Origin: Octopus sinensis
Lineage: Eukaryota
DNA length: 64,000 nt
Direction of reading: 5' to 3'
NCBI RefSeq assembly: GCF_006345805.1
Contig: NC_043006.1
Span: forward strand, 74,772,001 to 74,836,000
This document shows positions 50,781 through 63,714 of the stretch, in pieces. The notes beneath the pieces were generated by a model, which made no database searches, was not told the origin of the DNA, and saw only the letters and a program-made list of their open reading frames with translations. How positions within the stretch are numbered: the stretch's first letter is position 1; each line of letters opens with the position of its first letter. The translations under genes and the position numbers were made by a program.

Positions 50781-51559
50781 AAGGACTCCTTTTAATATGC
50801 TTATCCTTTAGATATGAAATTTTGAATTTAGATCACGAACCCCCAGTACTATCATTGCGGACCATAGGCTGGGAACCACCGGATTAAACTCTTCAAATGG
50901 GTCCTCCAGCATTGCCACAGCTCAACGACTGAAACAAAGAACAGCATGTAACCCATAAGACTTGACTGTGAAAAAATGCTACTGTACGACAGAGATTTCG
51001 TCATTAAAATCTCACGCATAGAACGCTGTGCGATTCAACTGGAAACTAAAGTTTCATAAAAACCACAATGGAGAAAACGAAACGTACCAGAGAAGAAATA
51101 CATATCTGTGAATTTCATTTCACTTACAAAAGAAATTATGTCTTCAAATGAAGATATTTTATACGTGCAATTTTAAATTCATTTAAAAATGAAGATAATA
51201 TTTTAAAGTTTTACTTTCTAAGTTAAAAGTTTGTTTCGTAGTGAAAAATCTTTTGTATCTAAAGTTACGATTTCTGAAAATTTTGAGAATTCTATTGAGT
51301 TGTTGAATTCTAAGTAAAAATTTCAGAGTTTTTGGTACATCTGACAGTGCGTGCTCTTTCAAGTACATAAAATAGTGCGTATTCATATAAAAGTTTTTGA
51401 AATAACACATATTTCATATTGATCTAGCAGTGGATGGACACAGAAACTTTTCGTTTATTTCCGAGTCAGCTTTTACGTAAAAAAAAAATTGTTGCAAAAT
51501 TTTAATTCCGGTTGAATCAAAAGGTGATGAAATAAGAAATTTGCCACACTTAAAAAAAA

Positions 51560-51700
51560 GAAGACTATGCAGCCATGGTTAGAACGCTTTTTAAAAGACA
51601 TGATGGTCACGACTGGAACACCTTTAAACAACGCGAGAATTTGGAAATTGTTAAGCGAATCTAGGCATGCGCAAGAAAATCAGACGTTTTATTTACAATT
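51560..51700. promoter_or_regulatory. Second promoter-like island
   Basis: GCATGCGCA at 51665-51673 with retained CpGs; non-repetitive. Confidence 0.3.
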
Positions 51701-52865
51701 TAAATAAAATTTAAAAAAAAACAATTTATCCTTTTGTATTTTGGATTTTCAACTGTAAGATAACAAAAACAATTATAGTCAGAAATTTTAGAAATAATTA
51801 GCAATATATTATCTCGAATTTCAATCAATATTTCATAATACGAAGGAATATTTTGAAATATCAGTTAATCAACATCATCAGAATAAGGATGTATATTCAA
51901 AGATGTTTTTTACTTTACCATTTCCAAAATTTATATTATATTAGAAGAAAAATAAGTGCAACATATTGGATGTCTAGTATTAAGATGTGTAGTTTATGAA
52001 AGAGTTACATCATATTCTTTCAGATTTATCTGAAGGAATTGATTGTTTGGGTGAAACAAATCTGTGGATCTGCGTGTGAATATAAATATATATATGTGTA
52101 GGTTTCCGTTATGTTCTCCGGTCAAATCCCACCAAAGTCAGCATTGTTTTTTTCATCATCCCAAGGGTTGATAAAATGAAATATTAACCAAGTACTTTAA
52201 TCGATGTATACTTCATTGTTTCTGTTCTAAATTTTGAGTACTTGTGCAAGACATCATGACTTTCCCTAATTCCCAGTTGTATATACACACATCGCATGCG
52301 TATGTATGTGTGAGTACTCTATAACACTATAAAATGTCCAAAAATTTTCCCACGGGAACTTGGTTCAATTTGAAAAATCCACCAGAAGGGACGAAAGCGC
52401 TAATAGATGATATATGATGTATAAAAACATGTAATATGCTACGACATGCGAAACATCGCCAGTGGGGCGATCTTTCGTCTCTAGTAGTGGATTTCTAATG
52501 GGTGTTTTTTATAGCTTAATTAGCGGGAAAGGGCAATCCACAGATACCCCTACGTCGGTGGAAAGGTGTGAAGGAGAGATGGGGTATCTTGAACTCAGGG
52601 ACATGGTCCGATTGTTTACTAACAATAGAGAAAATTCCGCCAAAGAAAAAAACCCCAAGGACAGGATCAGATTATAGTGTTTAGTTAACATGGGCTTATG
52701 AAGAAGGATACGAAAAAATGAGAATTAACAAAGGATATAAAATACACAATAAGAATTTTCAGCGTAAGACAATTACTATTTTTAAAATATGAGCGAGATC
52801 AAAGTCAAAAAATTCATGTAAAATAGATATAACTGAAAAATAAATGAGAAATTTAAGACAATTAC

Positions 52866-52915
52866 CTGTTTCTCGAACGTAAATTGTAAAAAAACTAAAG
52901 AAGACTTCCTATACG
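52866..52915 (-). other. Candidate non-coding exon 1 of CDK11
   Basis: Strong donor CAG|gtaat at 52865 just downstream of an NRF1-like motif and AGGAAGT. If spliced to 48517, an in-frame TAG precedes the 48512 ATG. The start position is a guess. Confidence 0.5.
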
Positions 52916-52960
52916 CATGCGCAGTGACGGAGGTCAATTTCCTCCGAATTAAATGACGTT
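52880..52960. promoter_or_regulatory. Promoter-like island (putative CDK11 promoter)
   Basis: GCATGCGCA at 52915-52923 (NRF1/Ewg-type), ETS-like AGGAAGT on minus at 52904-52910, and retained CpGs in a CpG-poor background. Confidence 0.55.
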
Positions 52961-53149
52961 GATTCGTAAACACAAAGAGAAAAGCTACGTTTTAAGAAGG
53001 CACTGTTTGTTAATTAAATCGATAACAATAATTAACAGGCACTCCATTTCGTCATAGCTTACAGTTATTTCTGTAGATGGACCGACCAATTGTTGTTGAT
53101 ATAGAGCTAATACATTCATAATATTTATTTTTTTTTTTTGCCGTGGTGT

Positions 53150-53490
53150 GTTTTTTTTTTTTTAATTTATTTTATCTAGTTTCAGCTCACGAGCTGTGGC
53201 CATGCTGGGGCACTGTCATTTGGTGTTGCTACATGGTTTTACTTCACGAATGCTTTTTAGCAACTGCCATTCGGTGCATGAGAGAGTTTGATGCAGCTGC
53301 CCTCATCTGCACCTCCTGCCGTGAAGTTGGTTCATCTGGGATACCTGACAAGAAGAGATCCAGTTTCATTTTAAAGACATCTGCATCCACCCCATGCATG
53401 TCTCTTAGGTTCTTCGGGAGGATATTGAAGAGCCGTGGGCCTCGGAAGCCCAGGCTATCACAGTATCTTGTCCTACATCTTGATGGCAAA
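53150..53490 (-). mobile_element. L2/Crack/CR1-group LINE 3' end
   Basis: SLGFRGPRLFNILPKNLRDMHGVDADVFKMKLDLFLSGIPDEP...AAASNSL*, then a 3' UTR and A-rich tail. Confidence 0.75.
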
Positions 53491-53793
53491 TTTGTGTATA
53501 TATTTTTTATATATATTTATATATGATTTAATAAATACAATGGAAAGACTATCTCTCACCATATGGAGTACTTTTTTTGTCCATCTTACTATCACGGAAC
53601 ATTCTTTTTTTATTCTTTCATTTGTTTAAGTCGTTTTGACTGCGGCCTTGCTAGAGCACCACCATTAGTCGAACAAGTTGACCCCAGGTCTTATTCTATA
53701 GGTCTCTTTCGCCGAACCGCTAAGTTACGGGGACGTAAACACACCAACATCGGTTGTCAAGCGATGGTGGGAGACACATACACACACACACAC

Positions 53794-53834
<41 letters not shown>

Positions 53835-53835
<1 letters not shown>

Positions 53836-54298
53836 GATGGGTTTCTTTCAGTTTCCGTCTACCAAATACACCCATAAGGCTTTAAATACACCCATAAAAC
53901 CCCTTAAGGTGGTGCTCCAGCGCGGTTGCAGTCAAATGACTGAAACAAGTAAAAGAATAAAAGATTAAATATATGTAATAAAAGACAGGTAATAAAAAAA
54001 GGAGTTTATTGAGTGTCACAATTTTTACAAAATCCGAAAGCCAAAGAATATGATATACATACATATGAAATAAGCAAGCCTAATGCTTTGTGTTCGACAG
54101 CGTGGACAAATAGAAAAAGTATATAAGGTCATCACAGGTGTGGTAAGTAGCTTACTTACAAACCACATGGTTCCAGGTTCAGTCCCACTAAATGGCACCT
54201 TGGGCAAGTGTCTTCTACTATAGCCTTGCGCCGCCCAAAGCCTTGTGAATGGATTTTGTAGACGGAAACTGAAAGAAGCCTGTCCTATATATGTATAT

Positions 54299-54332
<34 letters not shown>

Positions 54333-54785
54333 CGATGGGTTTCTTTCAGTTTCCGTCTACCAAATACACCCATAAGGCTTTAAATACACCCATAAAACCC
54401 CTTAAGGTGGTGCTCCAGCACGGTTGCAGTCAAATGACTGAAACAAGTAAAAGAATAAAAGATTAAATATATGTAATAAAAGACAGGTAATAAAAAAAGG
54501 AGTTTATTGAGTGTCACAATTTTTACAAAATCCGAAAGCCAAAGATATGATATACATACATATGAAATAAGCAAGCCTAATGCTTTGTGTTCGACAGCGT
54601 GGACAAATAAAAAAAAGTATATAAGGTCATCACAGGTGTGGTAAGTAGCTTACTTACAAACCACATGGTTCCAGGTTCAGTCCCACTAAATGGCACCTTG
54701 GGCAAGTGTCTTCTACTATAGCCTTGCGCCGCCCAAAGCCTTGTGAATGGATTTGGTAGACGGAAACTGAAAGAAGCCTGTCCTA

Positions 54786-54800
<15 letters not shown>
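53835..54800. repeat. 498-bp tandem duplication bounded by (TA)n
   Basis: Copies start at 53835 and 54333; only a few differences seen. Confidence 0.92.
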
Positions 54801-54831
<31 letters not shown>

Positions 54832-55664
54832 ATAAAATTAAAAGATGTATATATATATATGTATGTGTGTATGTTTGTCCCCACCCCCCAAAATCGCTTG
54901 ACAACCGATGCTGGTGTGTTTACATCCCTGTAACTTAGCGGTTCAGCAAAATAGACCGATAGAATAAGTACTTGGCTTACAAAGAATAAGTCCTGGGGTC
55001 GATTTGCTCGACTAAAGGCAGTGCTCCAGCATGACCACAGTCAAATAGCTGAAACAAGTAAAAGAGTTAAGAGTCATGTTGTCCAATCTGTCGGACAGAC
55101 TAAAAAAATTTGTTTTGTTGAATAAACATTGACGTTTTTTTTTATTATAAACGTTGTTCAAAATTCAATATATTTAATTTTTGGCGTGAATAAACAAAAA
55201 TTTTGCTATCACTAGATAAAAAAATAGCAATTTACTTACCTCTGTGGGATTTACATGAAAATGCAGCCATCCTCTATGACTTGTGAACAAACAGTGCATC
55301 AGAGTCACATGGTCTTGGTTATATATGCGTTTTAGAGGTGTCCAATGAATTGGCAACTGTGACTCAGCTTAATTATAATCCATATTTGTTTTGTAATTTA
55401 TGATGAAAACTTGTCCAATATATTAAACCAAGTGACTGAAGGTCTATACTACTTCAAAACGTCTAAATTCTTAAGCTGGAAACTCAACACCTGTTGCAGT
55501 AAAATGCTCTCAAAAGAACATGTCATTACTGACACTTCAAAGCAACTTTATTTTGTATGATTAAGTAAACATTTAGAAATTATTCAAATAATTTCCAAGA
55601 CCTTCTACAGAAACTTAAGAACTATCAAACTTTCCAATCACATGTGTGCATCTTTTTATTTGGA

Positions 55665-56293
55665 AATATGCAGTGTGTGAGAAGACCCGGCAAGCCAAGT
55701 GAGACCATAACCCGTGGCCTATGCCAGGGATGTAACCAGCCCACTTATGCGTACCTTTCCTTCATTGGACACTGAAACTCTGCTTGTGAAGACCTGTTGA
55801 GGCAAGTGAAATTGAAATTGAATCAAATTCGATGACTGGCACCTGTGCCAGCGGAGCACTAAGCGCACCATCCGAGTGTGATTGTTGCCAGAGCTGCTGA
55901 CTGGCATCCATGTTGGTGGCACATAAAAAGCACCATCCAAATGTAATCATTACCAGCGTCGCTCTACTGGCACTTGTGCTGGTGGCAAGTGAAAAATCAT
56001 TTGAGCGAAGTCGGTGCCAGTACTGCTGGACTAGCTCCTGTGCAGGTGGCACATAAAAAACACCATTTGAGTGTGGCCATTGCCAGTACTGTCTGACTGG
56101 CCCCCGTGCCGGTGGCACGTAGAATCACCCACTACACTCTCAGAGTGATTGGTGTTAGGAAAGGCATCCAGCTGTAAAAACTCTGCCAGATCATATTGGA
56201 GCCTAGTGCAGCCATCTGGTTCGCCAGTCCTCAGTCAAATCGTCCAACCCATGCCAGCATGGAAAGCAGACGTTAAACGATGATGATGATGAT
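55665..56293 (+). mobile_element. Longest family A copy
   Basis: About 170-bp unique 5' leader, about five internal units, then the tail. Confidence 0.85.
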
Positions 56294-57017
56294 GTGTGCA
56301 TCTTTTTATATGACAAAAAAAATTTATGAAACGATAATTTAATTTGCTTAAAAATTTTTTTTTTAACAATATCAGAAAAACCTACATCATCTTCATCATC
56401 ATTTAGAATCTGTTTTCCATGCTGGCATGGGTTGGATGGCTTGACTGGAACTAGTAAGCTGGGGAGCTGTACCAGACTCCAGTCTGATTTGGCATGGTTT
56501 GCTATGGCTGGATGCCCTTCCTAACGTCAACAACTACAAAAGTGTAATGGGTGCTTCTACAAGTCACCAGCATGAGTGTCTCCTTCATGTCACTGGCACG
56601 AGTGCCTTCTAACATGTTATCGACACTGGTCACAACTACAACTTCAGTTGGCTTGATGAGTCTTCTCACGCACAGCAAATCGCCAAAGGTCTCAATCACT
56701 TGTCATCACCTCCATCAGACCCAGCATTCGAAGATCATGCTTCATCACCATGTCTTCCCATGTCTTCCTCGGCCTTTCGTATTTTTTCTTTCTTTTTCAT
56801 TTGTTTCAGACTGCAGCCATGATGCAGCACAGCCTTAATAGGTTTTAGTTGAAGAAATCAACCCCCAGGAGTTTGTATGCTTAGTGCTTATTCTGTCAGT
56901 CGCTTTTGCCGAACCGCTAAGTTACGGGGATGTAAATATACCAACAAAGGCTGTCAAGTGATGGTGGTGAGGACAAAAAGACACATGCATATATTTATAT
57001 ATTATTTATATTATTAT

Positions 57018-57410
57018 ATCATCATCGTCATCATCATCGTTTATTGTCCGCTTTCCATGCTAGCATGGGTTGGACGGTTTGACTGAGGACTGGCAAACCA
57101 GATGGCTGCACCAGGCTCCAGTCAAATCTGGCAGAGTTTCTACAGCTGGATGTTCTTCCTAAGACCAACCACTCCGAGAGTGTAGTGGGTGCTTTTATGT
57201 GCCACCGGCATGAGGGCCAGTCAGGCAGTACTGACAACAGCCATATGCAAATGGTGTTTTTTATATGCCACCTGCACAGGAGCCAGCCCAGTGGCACTGG
57301 TAATGACCTCACTCAAATGTTTTCCACGTGCCACCAGCACAAGTGCCAGTAAGGTGACACTGGTAACGATCATGCTCGAATGGTGCATTTTACTCACCAC
57401 CAGCACGGGA
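57018..57410 (-). mobile_element. SINE-like family A copy
   Basis: Tail at 57018-57050; array up to about 57410. Confidence 0.85.
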
Positions 57411-57429
57411 GCCAGTCAGCGGCCCTAAA

Positions 57430-57690
57430 TATATGTAAAAAGCACCATTCGAGTGTGATCGTTACCAGCATCACCTTACTGGCACTTGTGCTGGTGGCAC
57501 GTGAAAAACAACATTTGAGTGAGGTCGTTGCCAGTGCCACTGGACTGGCTCCTGTGCAGGTGGCATATAAAAAACACCATTTGAGTATGGCTGTTGCCAG
57601 TACCGCCTGACTGGCCCTTCTACCGGTAGCACATAAAAGCACCCAATACAATCTCGGAGTGGTTGGTGTTAGGAAGGGCACCCAGCTGTA
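57430..57690 (+). mobile_element. Family A copy, 3'-truncated, head-to-head with the previous copy
   Basis: The array is the reverse complement of 57160-57390; ends at CAGCTGTA. Confidence 0.8.
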
Positions 57691-58186
57691 TATATATTTA
57701 TATCTTGTATTCAATAACAAGAAAATGGAGAGATTTATCTGATAAACATCAATTTATCAATGTATTGTCAAAATTCTCTGCTACCTACAATTGTTTCCAT
57801 ATTCAACTCGCTCAATAACAAAATCAATAAATTAAAATTGAATTTTGAAAATAGCATGTTAAATACTTCATCAGGGTGAGAATTAAAGAGCTGAAGGAAT
57901 TGATCGGGTGACCATCAACATGTAAATATTTGTATATATACATATACAAGCAAAACACACCCCGTTCATTGGACGATGCTGAATCATATCTGCTGAATAT
58001 AAAGCAATCAGTGTTTTCTTTTCATTAGTAAATAATTAAGCATGCCTTTATTTCAATAAAATTTTTGGTTTTGTTAAACTTCTTGAGAAACCAAATAGTC
58101 TTTCTTTCCTTCATGCCAAGTTTGAAGAAAATATCTCTTTTGCATCTAACTTTTTTGGTCTCTTAAATATACTGCATTATTTCAAG

Positions 58187-58465
58187 CTAGCCAGCTTTTT
58201 TTGTGCAAACTGCACATGCATTTTTCTCGCATACACGTAGTATCAATCACTATAGCTGATGTACTTGCGCATACAAATGCACGTTCCCATGACTTTATCG
58301 ATCGCATTCTCACCTGGAATCGATTTTGTAATTTTTTCAAGACTTATACATGTCCTGATACCGTTGGTGTCTACATATCAAATTTGAGCACAATTGGATG
58401 GAGGATGTCCAAGATCATAGAAGACACACACATACAGACAGACAGAACAGATTTTATATAATAGA
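58187..58465 (-). mobile_element. Helitron-like element, third family
   Basis: Minus 5' end A|TCTATTATATAAAATCTGTTCTGTCTGTCTGT; 3' end near a CTAG at about 58187 is uncertain. Confidence 0.55.
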
Positions 58466-58808
58466 TATGTGTGTGTGTGTGTGTGTGCACATGATAAGTT
58501 TTTAAAAAAACGTTAAGTATGTATATGTCTTTTGTTTATATTTATTTCTGTGTGTGTGTGTGTTAAATTTGCTTTCACGTGTGTGTGTTATTATTTAAAG
58601 AAAAATATACCATTTCTAGTGTTTTTGTTCTTGTTTTTTGTGCATATATGTGCACTAATATGCATGATCACATGATAGCATTGTAAACTATTCTACTTAC
58701 TGTATATATGGCATTTGTATTTTACATCATCAAAGTATGTGTTGCAAATATTTTTACCATTAGATAAATTTTGAAAGTCAATACACAAGACAAATATTAT
58801 TATTATTA

Positions 58809-58845
<37 letters not shown>

Positions 58846-60625
58846 GAAGGCAGTGAGCTGACAGAATTGTTAGTATGCTGGTTGAAATGCTTTCTGGTAT
58901 TTCGTCTGCTGCTACATCCTGAGTTCAAATTCCACCAAGGTCAATGTTGCCTTTCATTCTTTTGGGGTCAATCAAATAAGTACCAGTTATGCACTGGGGT
59001 TGATGTAATCAACCTAATCTACTCCCCCAAGCTGCCCTTGTGGCAAAATTTGAAATCATTATCATCATCATTATTATTATTATTAATATTCAATTATATC
59101 CATTAATTAATTATTTTATCATATTTTTTTATTATTGAATACTATATTGGAATATAACCTTATATATTGAAGTGAAACAATCATTGATCTCTGTAATATA
59201 CTTTATTGGTGCCTATTATTAATCAATAAACATCAATACTATTAAGTAATATTGGACTCCTGAACATTTCATAGATATTGGGTTGGTACATAATTATTGC
59301 AGCTTTTTTTCAATAAATTTTTTCAAGAAAAACAATAACAATATTTAACAAAAACATCTTTAAATGATGGTCTGACTGTATGCCAAGCAAATGGGAAGCA
59401 GTAAATGAAGTAGATGGTGAATATGTTCCGGAATGATCATTTAAAGTTGTATTTGTTACATGTTGTTATTGTTTTCGTGGAATAGAATTTGTTGAAAAAA
59501 AGCTGCAATGATTATGCACCAAACCAATATATAAAATTAAACCGGTGAAGCTCGGATGTTTCCATCCCTTTTTAAAAGGTATCTGTTTTCTTCAAAATAA
59601 TATATGTATGTATATACGATGGGCTTTCACTTTTCTTCTATCAAATCCACTCACAAGGCTTTGGTTGGCCTGTGGTTATAGTAGAAGACACTCACCTAAG
59701 ATGCCATGCAGTGGGATTGAACCACAGAGCCATACCTACATGATAAATTTATTTTAAAGACATAGACACAAGCAACAAGCCTTAACAGATGATAGAAAAG
59801 AGTTCCTGGGCATGTGTAGACTTATATAACTTATAAACTATTGCAAGCATATTTTAGATTCTATTAATTGTAATACTTAATAAGCCATTTACTTTATTGA
59901 TTAGGAATAGCATCCCAGTAATTAGGTGGTTGTATAATACAGACACAGCAGAAACTGCTTCAATGTGGCTATAGATTAGAAGTGAGGAGTTGAAGAGGGA
60001 GCTATGTTAAATAGACACAAGCCAGGGATTGATAAGGCCTGAAATAGGTTACCTGGGTGAGGATGTCTGATTGCTGGAAACTCAAACATCAAACAACCCC
60101 AAGTACTATCCTGATGATAATCCCGAATAATAAATTCTTTAAAAAAATAATAATTGTAGATATATTAATTTTTACATATCCATTCATAACAAGCTACAAA
60201 AATGTTAAGGGTTCAGCATAAATTAATGATAGAGATATCAATATTATAATTTAAGCTTTGCCAGTGGCACGTAAAAAGCAACTACTACACTCATGGAGTG
60301 ATTGGCATTAGGAAGGGCATCCAGCCGTAGAAAAACTGCCAGATCAGACTGGAGCCTGGCGCAGCCTCCTGGCTTCCCAGACTCCGGTCGAACCATCCAA
60401 CCCATGCTAGCATGGAAAATGGACGTTAAACGATGATGATGATAATGATGCTAGAAATTTTTTTTTTTTTAAAGAACTATTTGATATATAGGTAGACCAG
60501 ATAGCATAGAGAAGAATGGTCAATGTGATTTCAGTGCACAGAACATAAGAGAACAAGACATGACATCAATGAGATACCATAATGATGAGGAAATATAAAT
60601 TAGATTTGTATAGAGATAATGGTTA

Positions 60626-60923
60626 TACATTCTCATGACTTCAGGAAACATTTTTTCACGCTGAGAGTTGCTGAAGCATGGAACAAACTGCCGGCATCAG
60701 TTGTTAGTTGTCGGAGCACTGCATCCTTCAAAACTTCCATGCTTCCTGAGATTCGCCAACACTACACTTGATTTTCTCCCCTCCATACACACACAGGCAT
60801 GTATCTGACTCATACATTGTTCGCTTTCCAGACATTTTTACGTTACTGCATGTACTTTATATGCACTTTCTGACAAGTTGTGGTGCACCTGAGCACTGTA
60901 TACAATAATTTCATTATATTATT
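60626..60923 (+). mobile_element. CR1-type LINE 3' end with UTR
   Basis: HDFRKHFFTLRVAEAWNKLPASVVSCRSTASFK* is a CR1 C-terminal motif; ATT-rich tail. Confidence 0.8.
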
Positions 60924-61588
60924 ACTGCATGAACACTCTGAAAAATCTAACTGACACATTTAGAAAATTTACTTTAAAAAAATTACTGTGAATACCATTA
61001 TAAGCATTATCAATATTTTAGATATATTAAGCTTACTTAAATACAAGCAAATACAGGCTTATACAAAACTGAAATACATAAACATTTTCTTATAGTCATA
61101 CAGAACTTAACCTCATTAGCAAAAATATATCTTTTGACTTTGACATCTTCTCTCTGATTCCAGTTTTCTTTCTCACTACCCGGAATTCACTTGATATGAA
61201 TTCACTTGATATCCATCCTTCATGCTTAATGCTGTCCCTCTCCACCCAGATTTTACATTGATCACCTTTCTGTGCTGCCAGATTATCTCTCTTCCTCCAC
61301 CATCATACATTTCTCACTTTTCCCATGCAGTACATCTGCCTTTCCTCCCACACTCTTGCAACGTGTCCATCCAGACATCAAGACATCATCTCTTTTTTTC
61401 TCATCCTTTCCTTATCTCTTGCATCATTATTACTATTATTACTTTTATTACTATTTTGTTGCTCACCCCCCCCTTCCATACTGTCAGTGATTACCTCTCA
61501 TCTTCTCCAGCCACTTAAGAACGTTCCTGTAACCTAGTGGTTCAGTAAAGAGAACTTTGGTATAAGTCCCAAACTTGAGAAAAAGTAA

Positions 61589-62007
61589 GGGATCTTTTCG
61601 GTTTGAATGGCAAGTTCGTAACATAATTTCTAGGTAACTAAAAAATTTTTAATTTCGTATATTGGTAGAATGTGTTTATTAAACATCTTTTTCTCTTGGC
61701 TTTATTGAGAAAATTCTATAGTTTGTAAGATATTTGTTGTTTTTTTTCTTCAATTTCTGCAATTTCAACCAATCAATGACGTCTATTGAGGTGAAAACAT
61801 TCTGTGCCGTATGACTATGTCCCTCGTTTAAGAAACAGATTGGGTTTATTTACATTTCTGAAGAAAAAAGAAACCCTTCCTCCCCACCTCTAACCCTAAC
61901 CCTAACCCAGATTGAAATGCAATAGATCGATACTAGGGTCATAATTATGGGTGACAATTTCATATGACACCGCTAGAAAAAACTGCCGTTCAAACCGAAA
62001 AGATCCC
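61589..62007. mobile_element. MITE with about 24-bp TIRs
   Basis: GGGATCTTTTCGGTTTGAATGGCA ... TGCCGTTCAAACCGAAAAGATCCC; internal (TAACCC)3. Confidence 0.8.
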
Positions 62008-63127
62008 AGTGTGTTTCCCCAGCATGGCCACAGTCCAATGTCTGAAAACAAGAAATGATCGACAGAGTGAAAGTGAAGATCGATATAATCTGCCGCCGTC
62101 GCAGACAACGTATTCATCAAGGGACGTAACTCTAAAATTCCATGAATTATCATGGCTCTCCAACAAATAATAGTTTCGTACACATTCAAGATTATTCGAC
62201 AACCGTACTTACAATAATTCCAAGTTATTCCTCCAACCGGATAAACGCGAGTGGCGTGTTTCGTTACTTGATTACATGATGTTTTGGTTTTATGATATGA
62301 TCCAGAAATTAAAATCACTGACGTCGATTCAATAAAATGATTTTCTGTAGTACTAATAAATTTAACTCGGTAGTGAAATGAAACTGGGAGACTTTTATTT
62401 ATTATTTGAAACTGCAAGTTTGTTGCAAAATTGTTTATGTAGGGAAAACTTGGTTTACTTTGTTATATGACGAATGCATGTGAGAACTGTACGCAACTGA
62501 CTGAAAGAAATGTCATACAGGATATTTGTTGGCATACACACAAGTATGTACCCTCCACCGACTTAGTTTCCTTCCAGAGAAATGGATGTTTTTAAATGAA
62601 ATTTTCTACTGACATGCTTCAGATGGTGTAGATTCTGAATATATCGAAATTTGCTCCGAAAATGTTTTTTTGTTTTTTTTTACTTTTCGAGGGTAGGAAG
62701 AGGATTTCGGAAAAATTCACCCGAATTGGTATTGTTTCCTCATAACTTGCCGAAAAATGGATATCCTTTTTTATTGAAATTTTCTATAAATACTTTTCAG
62801 ATGGTGTGTAATACGATTACATCAGAATTTAAATTAAAAAAAAAATGGTAGGCTCGTACACATAGATACGGACACAATTTTTTTTTTTTGAAATCTCAAG
62901 TTTCATTTCGTGATGTGTATCAGTATTTATGTTATGTATGTATGCGAGTTCATCAGTTATTTTTTTCCAAATTAAACTTTGATATTATTGTAATATACAC
63001 CACCTGAAAGGTATTTATCGAAAATTTCATTAAAAAATATTCATTTTTTGTGGAAGTTATGAGGAAACAAATCGAGGTAACACACTTGTGTCACTATGTC
63101 CATTTATTCTATGTAAACACTCATATA

Positions 63128-63256
63128 CGACGGATTTCGGAAAGCATGAGGGCCTTAAATGATGCAGTGTCATGGCAGTCAACAACTGACGCAGGCAGTT
63201 TATTCCATGCTTCAGCAACTCTGAGTGTGAAGAAATGTTTCCGAAAGTCATGGGAG
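63128..63256 (-). mobile_element. Second fragment of the same CR1 family, inverted
   Basis: Reverse complement encodes HDFRKHFFTLRVAEAWNKLPASVV. Confidence 0.8.
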
Positions 63257-63476
63257 CTGTGTATTATTGTATTAGGTTATCTGATAAATTCGTCTTTTTC
63301 TATTAATTTTAATCCTTTCCAATGTTTATTTGAAATAGCACGAACAATTTATTATCGTCGTATTTTATAGATTTTTTTTTGTAGCTATATACTTTCTACA
63401 ATTTTTGTTTATTGCTTTTGAAATTTAAATAAATATTTCTTCTTTTCGTTGAGATCTATGACGATGGTGTGCCATA

Positions 63477-63714
63477 TCTTTATATATAAAACTGTAATTG
63501 TGTGAGTGTCTGTCCCCTTCGATTTAAATTCCTAACTACTCCCACATTTTGCGGTGCAGTTTAACCAAAACCGGGTATCTTATAGTCGTGATTCATATCA
63601 AGCCCTTCTGGTATTAGCGCGCGTCTACGATGAGTCTACGATTTTAAAAATAATTTACCATAATCTTTTTCCATTTTAACGCATATTTTTTTTAATATAA
63701 GGGAAGTAACTCTC
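63477..63714 (+). mobile_element. 3'-truncated copy of the same Helitron family
   Basis: Highly similar to 31253-31490; similarity stops at GGGAAGTAACTCTC. Confidence 0.85.

Noticed and set aside
57710-57880. About 50 open codons on both strands, with a plus-strand G|GTGAGA donor
   Set aside because: AT-rich, below the ORF threshold, no convincing acceptor or recognisable protein.
61891-61908. (TAACCC)3 telomere-type repeat
   Set aside because: Only three units, inside a MITE; not an interstitial telomere.
61902-62417. 171-aa ORF, the longest non-CDK11 ORF
   Set aside because: Its last third runs into the MITE and no family is recognised; only the internal 132-nt segment is kept, as a speculative exon.
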